From assembly GCA_050916045.1 (NCBI GenBank), contig CP051526.1:3200001-3264000 (forward strand): a stretch of 64,000 nt of DNA, written 5' to 3'. The DNA is from Tepidisphaera sp. (lineage in GTDB: Bacteria; Planctomycetota; Phycisphaerae; Phycisphaerales; UBA1924). A model generated the notes under the pieces. It made no database searches and was not told the DNA's origin. It saw only the letters and a program-made list of their open reading frames with translations. Numbering within the stretch: position 1 is the first letter of the stretch; each line of letters starts with the position of its first letter. Position numbers and translations under genes: made by a program. Shown piece by piece: positions 40,493-50,259 of the stretch.

Positions 40493-41998
40493 TCACCCGC
40501 CGGCGGAGCCCTCGCCCCCCGGCAGGGTCATCGTCCAGGGGTTGAGGTACGCGTCGATGTCGGCTTTGGTGATCGTCGCGCCCTTCATGTCCTTGGTGCC
40601 GGCGACGGTCTCGTAGGCGAGCTGGCGGACGGTCTTCCCCTGCTTGTAGGCGTCCTTGGCCAGGGCGGCCGACTTGTCGTAACCAATGACGGGCACAAGA
40701 CTTGTGCACATCGCCAGGCTCCCTTCGATCAGCTCGGCGCAGCGGGCCTGATTGGGCTCAAGACCCCTCAGGAGGTTGGCGTTGAACATCGCGCACCCCC
40801 GGGCGGCCAGGTGGATGGAATCCAGCAGGTTGGCACCCATCATGGGCATGGCGACGTTGAGGTCGAGCAGGCTGCCCACCCCGCCGAACCCGCCGAGGGA
40901 CACGGCGGCGTCGTTCCCGATGATCTGGCAGCAGACCATGATGAGGCTCTCGCAGATGACGGGGTTGACCTTGCCGGGCATGATCGAAGAGCCGGGCTGG
41001 ACGGCGGGGATGTTGAGCTCGCCGATGCCGCAGCGCGGGCCGGAGCCGAGCCAGCGGATGTCGTTGGCGATCTTGCTCAGGCTGACCGCGAGCGTCTTGA
41101 GGTGGCCCGACGCTTCGACGATCGAGTCGCGTGCGTGCTGGGCTTCGAAGTGGTTGATCGCTTCGCGGAAGTGGATGCCCGTTTCCTTCGTGAGGTCGGC
41201 GGCGACCATGCTTCCGAACTGTTCGTGACAGTTGATGCCGGTGCCGACGGCGGTGCCGCCGATGGCGAGCTCACCGAGCGTGTGGAGGGCGCGGTGCAAG
41301 CGCTCTTCGGCGTGGCGGAGCTGGCTCGCGTATCCCGAGAATTCCTGGCCCAGGCGGATCGGCGTGGCGTCGGCGAGGTGGGTGCGACCGATCTTGACGA
41401 TCTTGTCCCACGCGACGGCCTTTTCCTCCAGACCGGCGGCGAGGGATTTCACCGCGGGGAGAAGCTCGTGCTGGATCATGAGAGCGGCGGAGAGGTTCAT
41501 CGCCGTGGGGAAGGTGTCGTTGGAGGACTGCCCCATGTTGACGTGGTCGTTGGGGTGGACGCCCCCGGATTTGATGTACTCGGGGTCCTTGGACTTGCCG
41601 ATGGGGTTGTTTGAGCGGACGGCGGTGAGGTTGGCGATGACCTCGTTGGCGTTCATGTTGGTGGAGGTGCCGCTTCCGGTCTGGAAGATGTCGATGGGGA
41701 AGTGGCGTTCCCAGCCGCCGCGCTGGGGGAGGCCAGCGGCGATTTCGCCGCAGGCGGCGATGATGGCGGCGGTGCGAGCGTCGTCGAGGCGGCCGAGGCG
41801 CTGGTTGGTGCGCGCGCACGCGGCTTTAAGCATGGCGTAGGCCCGGATGATCGGGAAGGGGACCGGTTTGCCGGAGACGGGGAAGTTGAGCACCGCGCGC
41901 TGGGTGGAAGCGCCGTAAAGCACATCCGCCGGGACGGGCATCTCGCCCATGGTGTCCTTCTCGGTGCGGGTGGGAGCGGAGGGGGAAGTCTGCGTCAT
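40493..41998 (-). CDS. fumC: Class II fumarate hydratase
   Basis: QTGSGTSTNMNANEV, HPNDHVN, SSND, KIGRTH, GSSIMPGKVNP. Confidence 0.93.
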   Translation of the reverse strand: MTQTSPSAPTRTEKDTMGEMPVPADVLYGASTQRAVLNFPVSGKPVPFPIIRAYAMLKAACARTNQRLGRLDDARTAAIIAACGEIAAGLPQRGGWERHFPIDIFQTGSGTSTNMNANEVIANLTAVRSNNPIGKSKDPEYIKSGGVHPNDHVNMGQSSNDTFPTAMNLSAALMIQHELLPAVKSLAAGLEEKAVAWDKIVKIGRTHLADATPIRLGQEFSGYASQLRHAEERLHRALHTLGELAIGGTAVGTGINCHEQFGSMVAADLTKETGIHFREAINHFEAQHARDSIVEASGHLKTLAVSLSKIANDIRWLGSGPRCGIGELNIPAVQPGSSIMPGKVNPVICESLIMVCCQIIGNDAAVSLGGFGGVGSLLDLNVAMPMMGANLLDSIHLAARGCAMFNANLLRGLEPNQARCAELIEGSLAMCTSLVPVIGYDKSAALAKDAYKQGKTVRQLAYETVAGTKDMKGATITKADIDAYLNPWTMTLPGGEGSAGG

Positions 41999-42231
41999 GG
42001 CGGAGGATAGGAATTCCAAAGCCCGGTTTTTGGGAATCCCGCTGAATCCCACGTCGGGAATGTTGGAACCGGGAGGGGGCGACCCGGGTCATGTACACTG
42101 TGGGAGTGCCCGGGGGGGACCGAGGGCGGACGGGGGCGACGGGGGAGGATGCCCAAGACCGGGCACAACGATGCGGACCGAGGTCGGACGGGAAGGCGGG
42201 CGGGGAACGGTCGGCTTTTCCGGAGGTTCGG

Positions 42232-43782
42232 ATGAACAGAGGTACGAGCGTCTCGTCGACGGGCATGCGGGTCGGCGGGTTCAAGAGCGGGCGTCGCGTG
42301 GATCGGGGCGGTCTGCGGCTTGGGATCGCGGCGCTGGCGGTCTGCGGGCTCGCGGTTTCCGCGCTGGCGCAGAACACCGCGCCGGGCGGGGGCGCCCCGT
42401 CTCCGCAGAAGCAGCCCCCGGCCGCGACGCCGGCGGCGCCGGCGGTCAAGATCCCCGAGCCGATCGAGCCCGGCCCGTACGTGCGGCGGACGGATCTTTC
42501 GTACTGGGCGTTCACGATGCACATGCGCCTGTACAAGGGCGGCCAGTCTTTCGATGAGAAGGGCACCCGGCTTTCGTTCCGGTACGACCTGCCGTTTGAG
42601 ACGATGACGGTGGTCTTCCCGATGCTCCCGGAGACATCGGGCTCGGTTCCGCGCCCGAACGAAGCCGTGGCCAAGCTGGTGCTCGGCGGAAGGGAAGTGG
42701 TCGGCGGGAACTTCCTTCCCCCCGGCGCGGTGCCGGACAAGAGTCTTTTCCCGGCCAAGCCGGAGATCCTCGAGCGTCACTTCTCGGGGCTGCCGTACCA
42801 CTCGGGCGTGAAGCTTGCCAAGCTCAGCCACGGGGAGCTCGGCAAAACTCAGCAGACCAAGGGCGTCCGCTTCCAGATCGACCTGCCGATGATGGCGTGC
42901 AACACGGTCTTTGACGAATCCAAGGCGCTGTACGTCCCCTGGCCCAAAGGCCCCTGGCCCGCGGCGGCCAACAGCACCTTTCTCCCGCAGCAGTGGATCG
43001 ACTTTGAGGTGCGGCCCGACGGGCTGATCCAGAAGTACGACGATGCGGTCTTCAAGGCGCTCATCGACAAGTGGCTCAAGGGCCAGGATCCCAAAGCCGC
43101 GTTCACGCCGGTGGGGCTCGCGAAGGTCCTGATGGGCGGGATGGTCAAGGACATCGCCCCGGACATCAACGTGCTGAACTACCGGCTTGAGCGGCCCATC
43201 AGCGACAACACGGACCCGGTGGACGCGGTGCTTGCGGGAGCGACGTTCCTGGTCGGGCTTCAGGTGCGCGGGGCCGAGTACGCGGCCCGCGAGAAGAAGG
43301 TCTCCGAGTGGGACTACGCGTGCCTGGGCGCCGCGATCTTCCGCCGCTGCGGGCTGCCGACGCGGGTCGTGATCGGGTTTGACAAGCGGGAATCAGAGGA
43401 GCTCGAGAAGGGCCGCGAGCTTCGCGGCAAGGTGAAAGCGTGGTTTGAGTTCTACCTGTTTGACGAAGCCAACAACACGGGCAACTGGGTCATCTGCGAT
43501 CCGTACCGCTTGCGCAAGGACATGAACCAGCCGCCCAAGCTCGAAAACCCGTGGAAGTTCTTCGGGAGCCACGACGAGATGGAATCGGTGCTTCCCTTCG
43601 CGTTCCAGTTCCTTCCGCCGACGGATGTCCGCGCGTACGGGGCTCCGGCGTTCTGGGGCTGGCTTGTCACGCCGGGAACGCCGACGGACGCGCAGACCGG
43701 GATCGCGTTCACGGCCCGCAAGACGGCGGTGCCGCGGGACGCCCCGAAGAACCGGGACAACAAAGGCAAGCCGTTCAAGTAG
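42232..43782 (+). CDS. Secreted transglutaminase-like domain protein, catalytic residues altered
   Basis: Signal peptide; SEWDYACL...RRCGLPTRVVIG...KAWFEFY...WVICDP follows the transglutaminase-like pattern. Confidence 0.7.
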   Translation: MNRGTSVSSTGMRVGGFKSGRRVDRGGLRLGIAALAVCGLAVSALAQNTAPGGGAPSPQKQPPAATPAAPAVKIPEPIEPGPYVRRTDLSYWAFTMHMRLYKGGQSFDEKGTRLSFRYDLPFETMTVVFPMLPETSGSVPRPNEAVAKLVLGGREVVGGNFLPPGAVPDKSLFPAKPEILERHFSGLPYHSGVKLAKLSHGELGKTQQTKGVRFQIDLPMMACNTVFDESKALYVPWPKGPWPAAANSTFLPQQWIDFEVRPDGLIQKYDDAVFKALIDKWLKGQDPKAAFTPVGLAKVLMGGMVKDIAPDINVLNYRLERPISDNTDPVDAVLAGATFLVGLQVRGAEYAAREKKVSEWDYACLGAAIFRRCGLPTRVVIGFDKRESEELEKGRELRGKVKAWFEFYLFDEANNTGNWVICDPYRLRKDMNQPPKLENPWKFFGSHDEMESVLPFAFQFLPPTDVRAYGAPAFWGWLVTPGTPTDAQTGIAFTARKTAVPRDAPKNRDNKGKPFK

Positions 43783-43817
43783 TTCGCATCGGGTTTCAGA
43801 CCCCAGCGCCCCCGCGC

Positions 43818-45614
43818 TCAGGGCTTTGCAAGGAGCTCGCCAAAGAGGGCGAGGTTCTGCGCGCGCTCCACGCGCACGGGGACGATCCGGCCGATCCAGT
43901 CCTTGGGCGTCGTGCCGCTCGGGCTTTCGAAGAAGACGATGTGGTCGCCGTCGGTGCGGGCCGCGAGCTGGACGGGCCCTTCGCTCGGCGTGAGGACCGA
44001 GTTCTCATCGTCGGCGACGGCGCAGGCTTCGTGCTGATGCGAGCCGCCCCCACCCCCACCCCCGCCGCCGCATCCGCGGTCGTCATCGTCGGAGTGCTTG
44101 CCGCCGATGGTGAGGGCGATCGTGCCGTTCTTCGGCTTGACGGAGGCTCGCCGCTCCTTCTTCGCGGCGATCTTGCTCAGCCCCTCGACGAAGACGTCGT
44201 ACGTTCCGCCGACGAGCGCGCGTGAGAGTTCATCCGAGATCGCCGTCTGCACGCCGAGGAGCCGCGCGTTGCGGGCCCGCTTCACGGCTTCGGGCACGTC
44301 ATCCGCGATCTTGTCGTACGCGACCGTGCCGGGGCGGGGAGAATACTTGAAGATGAAGCTGTTCTTGTACCGCACGCGCTCGACGAGCGCGACGGTCTTC
44401 TCGAAGTCCTCGTCGGTCTCGGTGGGGAACCCGACGATGAAGTCGCCGGAGATCGTGAGGGCCCGGCCGATCTCGGGCTGGTGCAGGAACGAATTCGCCC
44501 GGTCGATGAACTCGAGGTATTCGGCGACCGTGTACCCGCGGTTCATGAGCTTGAGCAGGCGGTCGGACCCGCTCTGGGCCGGCACGTGCAGGTAGCGGCA
44601 GAGGCGCGGATGGTCGCGGATCACCTCGAGCACATCATCGCCGAAGTCGCGCGGGTAGCTGGTGACGAACCGGAGCCGCTTGATCTCGGGCACCTCGTCG
44701 TGGATGCGGCGGAGGAGGTCGGCGAAGGTCGTGACGTTGGCTCCGGCGAGCGGGTCGCGCGCGTGGCCGCCGGTGAACGCCCGGCCCTTCTGCGGCTGAA
44801 CGACGCCGCCGAGCGTGACCGAAGCCCCGTGCTCGAAGCGGTAGTGGTTGACGGTCTGGCCAAGGAGGGTGACCTCGATGACGCCGGCCCCGGCGAGCCG
44901 CTTGCACTCTTCGATGATGTGCTCGGGGGGGCGGTGCATCTCAGCGCCGCGGGTGAACGGCACGACGCAGTAGGTGCAGAACTTGTTGCAGCCGCGGGTG
45001 ATGCGGACGTAGGCGGACTTGCGGCCGATGCCGGAGAAGGCGGAAGTGCCGCCACCCCCATCCTCCTCGCCCGAGACGATGTCCACCGGCGAGATCGACC
45101 GCGAGAGGTCCAGCATCTCGAGGGAGTCTTCGGCGGCGGAGAGGGTCGCGGTGCGACGGCTGGTGTTCCCCTGCAGGGCCACTTGCTTCGCGCTGCGGGC
45201 GGCGAGCTTGACGTCGGTGTCATCCTCGGTGGCATCGGCGAGCATGCTGTCGCGGGTGCGGACGGCGTTGTCGAGGAGGGCGGGCAGCTTGTCGAGTTCG
45301 CCCGGGCCGACGAGAACATCGACGACGGGCATGCGGCGGACGAGGTCGGCCCCGTCGCGTTCGGCGAGGCAGCCCATGACGCCCACCACCAAGCCGGGCT
45401 CGGTCTTCTTGCGGACGGCGAGCTCACCCAGGCGGCTCCAGACCTTCTGCTCGGCGTGCTCACGAACGGAGCAGGTGTTGTAGAGGACAACCTGGGCCTG
45501 CTCGGGCTCTTTGACGAAGCGGTAGCCGCGCGCGGCGAGAGCCCCGGCGACCAGCTCGCTGTCGAGCTCGTTCATCTGGCAGCCGAAGGTCTCGAGGTAC
45601 ACCGGGCGGGGCAT
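43818..45614 (-). CDS. miaB: tRNA methylthiotransferase MiaB (radical SAM)
   Basis: TFGCQMN, NTCSVRE, GCLAE, CNKFCTYC, LLGQTVN, GFPTET, YSPRPGT, C-terminal TRAM domain. Confidence 0.9.
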   Translation of the reverse strand: MPRPVYLETFGCQMNELDSELVAGALAARGYRFVKEPEQAQVVLYNTCSVREHAEQKVWSRLGELAVRKKTEPGLVVGVMGCLAERDGADLVRRMPVVDVLVGPGELDKLPALLDNAVRTRDSMLADATEDDTDVKLAARSAKQVALQGNTSRRTATLSAAEDSLEMLDLSRSISPVDIVSGEEDGGGGTSAFSGIGRKSAYVRITRGCNKFCTYCVVPFTRGAEMHRPPEHIIEECKRLAGAGVIEVTLLGQTVNHYRFEHGASVTLGGVVQPQKGRAFTGGHARDPLAGANVTTFADLLRRIHDEVPEIKRLRFVTSYPRDFGDDVLEVIRDHPRLCRYLHVPAQSGSDRLLKLMNRGYTVAEYLEFIDRANSFLHQPEIGRALTISGDFIVGFPTETDEDFEKTVALVERVRYKNSFIFKYSPRPGTVAYDKIADDVPEAVKRARNARLLGVQTAISDELSRALVGGTYDVFVEGLSKIAAKKERRASVKPKNGTIALTIGGKHSDDDDRGCGGGGGGGGGSHQHEACAVADDENSVLTPSEGPVQLAARTDGDHIVFFESPSGTTPKDWIGRIVPVRVERAQNLALFGELLAKP

Positions 45615-45793
45615 AGGAGGGGAGTTTAGGGAGGAGAACGGGGGTGGGCTTTCGGCGTGGGGAATGGCGGGGGGATGGCGTGGCGTGGGTTGTTTGGGGG
45701 TGTGGGGGGGGGTGGGGGGGGTGTGGGGGGCTTCTGTGGTGCCCTTCATGGCGGCTTCACGGGGCGGGGAGCCGCGAGCGGCAGAGTCCGGGC

Positions 45794-46186
45794 ATGAACC
45801 AACCGAACCATGAAACGTCGCGCGGCGGAAGCAGCGCGGGGATGAACACCGGCGCGGCCGACCAGAAAGCCGGCCCGCAGGTGGATCCGAAGACCGCTCA
45901 GCAGGTCATTCAGGGCGAGCGGGACGCCGGCAGGGAAGCGGCCCGGCACGCCGGCGAACGCGACCGCGAAGCGATCCGACAGGCGGCGGAGATCGGCCAG
46001 ACCGGCCAGCGAGCCAGCCCGAAAGACCCGCCGCCGCCCGGCTCGCGGCCGCCGGAACTTCCCACCCCGCGCATGAGCGCCCCCACCCCCCCCCACCCCC
46101 ACCCCCACTCCCGCCCCCACCACCAAGCCCGGGCGCGAGGCGATGCCGGCAAGCCCGAACGGCGGCTGCTGCTCGGGCCAGATTGA
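45794..46186 (+). CDS. Hydrophilic hypothetical protein, possibly the N-terminal half of a frameshifted gene
   Basis: ATG at 45794; the frame runs through a C-rich low-complexity tract at about 46078-46122. Confidence 0.4.
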   Translation: MNQPNHETSRGGSSAGMNTGAADQKAGPQVDPKTAQQVIQGERDAGREAARHAGERDREAIRQAAEIGQTGQRASPKDPPPPGSRPPELPTPRMSAPTPPHPHPHSRPHHQARARGDAGKPERRLLLGPD

Positions 46187-46469
46187 CAACCCAGTCGACA
46201 GCACACTCGAAAGCCCAATCGACAAGCCCGCAGACGGGCCGCTCGACGGTCCGCCCTCGGGCCTGCCGGTGGCCGACTCCGTCAAGCCCGCCACCGAGAA
46301 GCAGGTGGACAGCGCCGTCGCCGAGAGCTTCCCCGCCAGCGATGCGAGCTCGACGCAGCGTGAAAGGCCCGGCACCGGCGAGACCCCGCCCGACCTCAGC
46401 CACCGCCTGCCCCCCACCGCGACCGATGCCGAGCGCGAAGCGGTCCATCAGGCCCGCGAGGGCCGCTGA
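46143..46469 (+). CDS. Small acidic protein with ESFPASD motif
   Basis: VDSAVAESFPASD, a motif recurrent in small bacterial proteins of unknown function; followed by terminator hairpins. Confidence 0.55.
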   Translation: MPASPNGGCCSGQIDNPVDSTLESPIDKPADGPLDGPPSGLPVADSVKPATEKQVDSAVAESFPASDASSTQRERPGTGETPPDLSHRLPPTATDAEREAVHQAREGR

Positions 46470-46551
46470 TCTTCCTTGTCCCCCTACCGGACGGTCCGCG
46501 CCAGTGAGCGATCGACCAGCCCGAAACGTGCTTCGCAAGAAGCACATGCAG

Positions 46552-46581
46552 AAAGACCCCGCGCGCAAGCGCGGGGTCTTT
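46552..46581. terminator. Bidirectional terminator between convergent genes
   Basis: AAAGACCCCGCGC-GCAA-GCGCGGGGTCTTT. Confidence 0.8.
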
Positions 46582-46586
46582 ACGTT

Positions 46587-46618
46587 GTGACTTCGTGACT
46601 CCGTGACTCCGTGGCTTC
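46587..46618. repeat. 8-bp tandem repeat, 4 copies
   Basis: GTGACTTC GTGACTCC GTGACTCC GTGGCTTC. Confidence 0.85.
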
Positions 46619-46619
46619 T

Positions 46620-47255
46620 TCAAGCCGCCATCGCGGCCCCGCCGAAGTTGACCGTGGCTTCATCGCTCGCGGCGGAGACGGCGTTGTTCCGCTGGGCGCG
46701 GATGACGTAGCTGACGCTCGGCACGCCGGCGGGGACGGTGTCATCGCGGAAGCTCTTGAGGGCGACGCTCCCGATCTGGAACCACTGCGGCAGGTTGCCG
46801 ACGCGGCGCCAGATGGTGAAGAAGGTCTGGTTCGCGGTCGAGCCCTTCCAGCGGATGGTGACGGTGCCATCGGCGTTGGGGTCGCCGACGACGTCGGTGG
46901 GCGGCTCGGGCGGGCCGGGGGGAGAGGGCGGGAGTGGCGGCGGGACGGACGCGGCCTGATAGACGGCGTTGGGGTTGGGCTGGCTTTCGGCGAAGGCTTT
47001 GATGAAGCGGAGCGCATCCGAGCCCAGGTCGGTCATGGCGTTGACATTGGTGCGCTGCCCGATGGTGGCGTTCTTGGAAGCGATGCGAGCGAGGGCGGCG
47101 GCGTCGAAGGCCGAGCGCGCGGCGACGATGGCGTTCTTGAGGCTGGTGCACTGGGCCGCAGTCAAACCAATGAGGGCAGGCGAAGCCTGCCAGGAATTGA
47201 TCCGCTGCTCAAACCACATGATGCGCTCGTTGATCTGCTCGGGGAGGACGGCCAT
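46620..47255 (-). CDS. Hypothetical protein: helical N-terminus, Pro linker, fibronectin-III-like C-terminus
   Basis: RBS GAAAGGA; C-terminal VTIRW...FTIWRR...FRDDTVP...YVIRAQR beta-sandwich pattern; no signal peptide. Confidence 0.75.
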   Translation of the reverse strand: MAVLPEQINERIMWFEQRINSWQASPALIGLTAAQCTSLKNAIVAARSAFDAAALARIASKNATIGQRTNVNAMTDLGSDALRFIKAFAESQPNPNAVYQAASVPPPLPPSPPGPPEPPTDVVGDPNADGTVTIRWKGSTANQTFFTIWRRVGNLPQWFQIGSVALKSFRDDTVPAGVPSVSYVIRAQRNNAVSAASDEATVNFGGAAMAA

Positions 47256-47392
47256 GATGTTTCCTTTCTAGGTCGGGGCGGAAGCCCCGGCGTACTTGCC
47301 CTGCGCGGGCGATGCAAGGATCGAACGGCGATCCGAACGACTTAAGGGAAACTTCAGGAATAACAACCAAAAGACGTCCGGCCCGACCGTTC

Positions 47393-47421
47393 TTGGGTTC
47401 CTCGATCGGATCCGGTATAGT
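47393..47421 (+). promoter_or_regulatory. Putative promoter of the hsd operon
   Basis: TTGGGT-N17-TATAGT. Confidence 0.45.
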
Positions 47422-47449
47422 GCTCGCCGACAACCCGGTCTCATCCCCG

Positions 47450-47492
47450 CCCCACACCCCGCGCCCCACGCCCCTCGCCCCCACACCCCTCG
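47450..47492. repeat. 7-bp periodic C-rich repeat upstream of hsdM
   Basis: CCCCACA CCCCGCG CCCCACG CCCCTCG (C) CCCCACA CCCCTCG. Confidence 0.7.
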
Positions 47493-47513
47493 CCGCCGCG
47501 CCTGGAACCCCCC

Positions 47514-48980
47514 ATGTTCGAGCAAGCCTTCCGCAGCATTGACAACGCCCTCCGCAAGGAAGCTGGCTGTACCACCGAACTGGACTACACCGAACAGACA
47601 TCTTGGCTTCTGTTCCTGAAGTACCTCGACGGGCTGGAGCAGGACAAGGCGGACGAAGCCGCCCTCGAAGGCAAGCGGTACACCTACATCTTGGAAAAGC
47701 CCTACCGGTGGGATTCGTGGGCCGCGCCCAAGAACAAGGACGGCACGCCCGACCACCACAAGGCCATGACCGGCGACGACCTGGTCGAGTTTGTCGATGA
47801 TTCGCTCTTCCCCTACTTGCAGAAGTTCACGCAGAAGGCCACCGGGCCCAACACCATCGAGTACAAGATCGGGCAGATCTTCGGCGAGATCAAGAACAAG
47901 ATCCAGAGCGGGACCAACCTGCGAGAGATCATCGACAGCATCGACGGGCTGGAGTTCCGCTCGCAGAACCAGAAACACGAGCTGAGCCACCTCTACGAAG
48001 CCAAGATCAAGAACATGGGCAACGCCGGGCGCAACGGCGGGGAGTACTACACGCCCCGCCCGCTCATCCGTGCCATCATCAAGGTGGTCAGGCCGCAGCT
48101 CGGCCAACGGATCTACGACGGGGCGGTCGGCTCGGCGGGCTTCTTGTGCGAGGCGTACGACTATTTGAAGGCCGAGCATCCCAAGCGGACGACCGCCCAG
48201 GACAAAGCCCTCCAAGAGAAGACCTTCTACGGCAAGGAGAAGAAGTCTCTCGCCTACGTCATCGCGATCATGAACATGATCCTGCACGGGATCGAAGCCC
48301 CCAACATCATCCACACCAACACGCTCACGGAGAATCTGGCCGACATCCAGGAGAAGGAGCGCTACGACATCATCCTCGCGAATCCTCCCTTCGGCGGGAA
48401 GGAGCGGGCCGAGGTGCAGCAGAACTTCCCGATCCGCACGGGGGAGACGGCGTACCTCTTCCTGCAGCACTTCATCAAGATGCTCAAGGCGGGCGGGGGC
48501 GGGGGGCGGGCGGGTGTGGTTATCAAGAACACCTTCCTGAGTAATACCGACAACGCCAGCGTCAGCCTGCGGAAGATGCTGCTGGAGTCGTGCAACCTGT
48601 TCGCGGTGCTGGATTGCCCGAGCGGTACGTTCCAAGGGGCGGGCGTCAAGACGGTGGTGCTGTTCTTTGAGAAGGGTGCCCCGACACGGAAAGTGTGGTA
48701 CTACCAGCTCGACCCCGGTCGGAACATGGGCAAGACCAACCCGCTGAACGACGACGATCTGGCGGAGTTCCTCTCGCTGCAACCCAAGCAGAAGGACTCG
48801 GACAAGTCGTGGACGGTGGATGTGAAGACGCTGGATCCGGCGACGTTTGACCTGTCGGTGAAGAACCCGAATGGCGGCGAGGTGGTGACGCACCGGACGC
48901 CGCAGGAGATTCTCGACGAGATCGCCTCTCTGGACGCCGAGAGCGCCGGCGTGCTCGAGACTATCCGAGGTCTGCTGTGA
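47514..48980 (+). CDS. hsdM: Type I restriction-modification methyltransferase subunit
   Basis: GEYYTPR, motif I DGAVGSAGFL, motif IV NPPF. Confidence 0.95.
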   Translation: MFEQAFRSIDNALRKEAGCTTELDYTEQTSWLLFLKYLDGLEQDKADEAALEGKRYTYILEKPYRWDSWAAPKNKDGTPDHHKAMTGDDLVEFVDDSLFPYLQKFTQKATGPNTIEYKIGQIFGEIKNKIQSGTNLREIIDSIDGLEFRSQNQKHELSHLYEAKIKNMGNAGRNGGEYYTPRPLIRAIIKVVRPQLGQRIYDGAVGSAGFLCEAYDYLKAEHPKRTTAQDKALQEKTFYGKEKKSLAYVIAIMNMILHGIEAPNIIHTNTLTENLADIQEKERYDIILANPPFGGKERAEVQQNFPIRTGETAYLFLQHFIKMLKAGGGGGRAGVVIKNTFLSNTDNASVSLRKMLLESCNLFAVLDCPSGTFQGAGVKTVVLFFEKGAPTRKVWYYQLDPGRNMGKTNPLNDDDLAEFLSLQPKQKDSDKSWTVDVKTLDPATFDLSVKNPNGGEVVTHRTPQEILDEIASLDAESAGVLETIRGLL

Positions 48981-50209
48981 GAGAATGGAAAACGTCAACG
49001 CTCGGCGAACTATTTGAGATTGCGAGGGGAGGGTCGCCGCGCCCAATCAAGAACTTTATCACGACTGCCGCTGACGGTGTGAACTGGATCAAGATCGGAG
49101 ATGCCAAGCTAGACGGCAAGTACATCTATTCGACCGAGGACAAGATCAAGCCAGCGGGGATGAAACGATCGCGATTCGTCAAAGAAGGCGACTTCATTCT
49201 CTCCAACTCGATGAGCTTTGGCCGTCCCTACATCTTGAAGACCAGTGGCTGCATTCATGACGGTTGGCTACTCCTGCGCCCACGCGCAGCGGGCATAGAC
49301 GAGAATTTCCTGTACTACGCGCTTAGCTCAAATGTGGTTTATGACCAGTTCGATCGACTCGCTGCTGGCAGCATTGTCCGAAACCTGAACATCGATTCAG
49401 TCAAGAGTGTGCAGATTGCCGTGCCGCCCCTCCCCGAACAGCAGCGGATCGTCGGCATCCTCGACGAAGCGTTCGCCGCCATCGCCACCGCCAAGGCCAA
49501 CACCGAGAAGAGCCTCACCAACGCCCGCGCCCTCTTCGTAAGCCACCTGCAAGCCGTGTTCATCCAGCAGGGCGAGGGGTGGAAGGTTCAGAAGGTCGGC
49601 GATATTGCCAAGTACTCATTCGGTAAAATGCTCGACAAGGCGAAGAACAAGGGCAAGCCTCAGCCCTACCTCCGCAACGTAAATGTCCGTTGGTTCAGCG
49701 TCGATCTCTCGGACATGCTCGAAATGCGATTCCTCCCGGAAGAAGCGGATAAATACACCGCCATCAAGGGCGACGTGCTGATCTGCGAGGGCGGCTATCC
49801 GGGTCGATGTGCCATCTGGGGTGAGGACTATCCGGTCTATTTCCAGAAGGCGCTGCACCGGGTCCGATTCCAAGAGCCCGCCCACAACAAATGGCTCGTC
49901 TACTACCTGTACCTTCTCGACACGAGTGGGCAACTCCGACAGTACTTCACAGGGTCGGGCATTCAACACTTCACTGGCGAGGCTTTGGGCCGACTGAACC
50001 TGCCAATCCCGCCGCTCACGCAACTCCGGCGGTTCGTTGCCCGTTTTGAAGACCTGCATACCGAAACCCAACGCCTCGAATCCCTCGCCCAGCAGAAACT
50101 CGCCGCCCTGGACGCCCTCAAGAAGTCCCTCCTGCACCAGGCCTTCACGGGGCAACTGACCGCGGACGCAGTAGCCCGCACGCCGCGCACTGGCGTAAGC
50201 GTTCGCTAA
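48977..50209 (+). CDS. hsdS: Type I restriction-modification specificity subunit
   Basis: Two lower-GC TRDs, each followed by conserved helices (PPLPEQQRIV; PPLTQLRRFV...LKKSLLHQAFTGQL). Confidence 0.93.
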   Translation: MREWKTSTLGELFEIARGGSPRPIKNFITTAADGVNWIKIGDAKLDGKYIYSTEDKIKPAGMKRSRFVKEGDFILSNSMSFGRPYILKTSGCIHDGWLLLRPRAAGIDENFLYYALSSNVVYDQFDRLAAGSIVRNLNIDSVKSVQIAVPPLPEQQRIVGILDEAFAAIATAKANTEKSLTNARALFVSHLQAVFIQQGEGWKVQKVGDIAKYSFGKMLDKAKNKGKPQPYLRNVNVRWFSVDLSDMLEMRFLPEEADKYTAIKGDVLICEGGYPGRCAIWGEDYPVYFQKALHRVRFQEPAHNKWLVYYLYLLDTSGQLRQYFTGSGIQHFTGEALGRLNLPIPPLTQLRRFVARFEDLHTETQRLESLAQQKLAALDALKKSLLHQAFTGQLTADAVARTPRTGVSVR

Positions 50210-50259
50210 CGAATACTCCAGTCCCGCGCGGGGGAAAGACGATAGAATCTCGACTCGGC

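Noticed and set aside
45615..45749. Pro/His-rich N-terminal extension of MiaB, and similar upstream extensions of other ORFs in the track
   Set aside because: Derives from low-complexity G-rich intergenic sequence; family homology begins at downstream ATGs.
48977..50209. Phase-variable (invertible) hsdS
   Set aside because: Single hsdS, with no silent TRD cassettes, flanking inverted repeats or recombinase seen.
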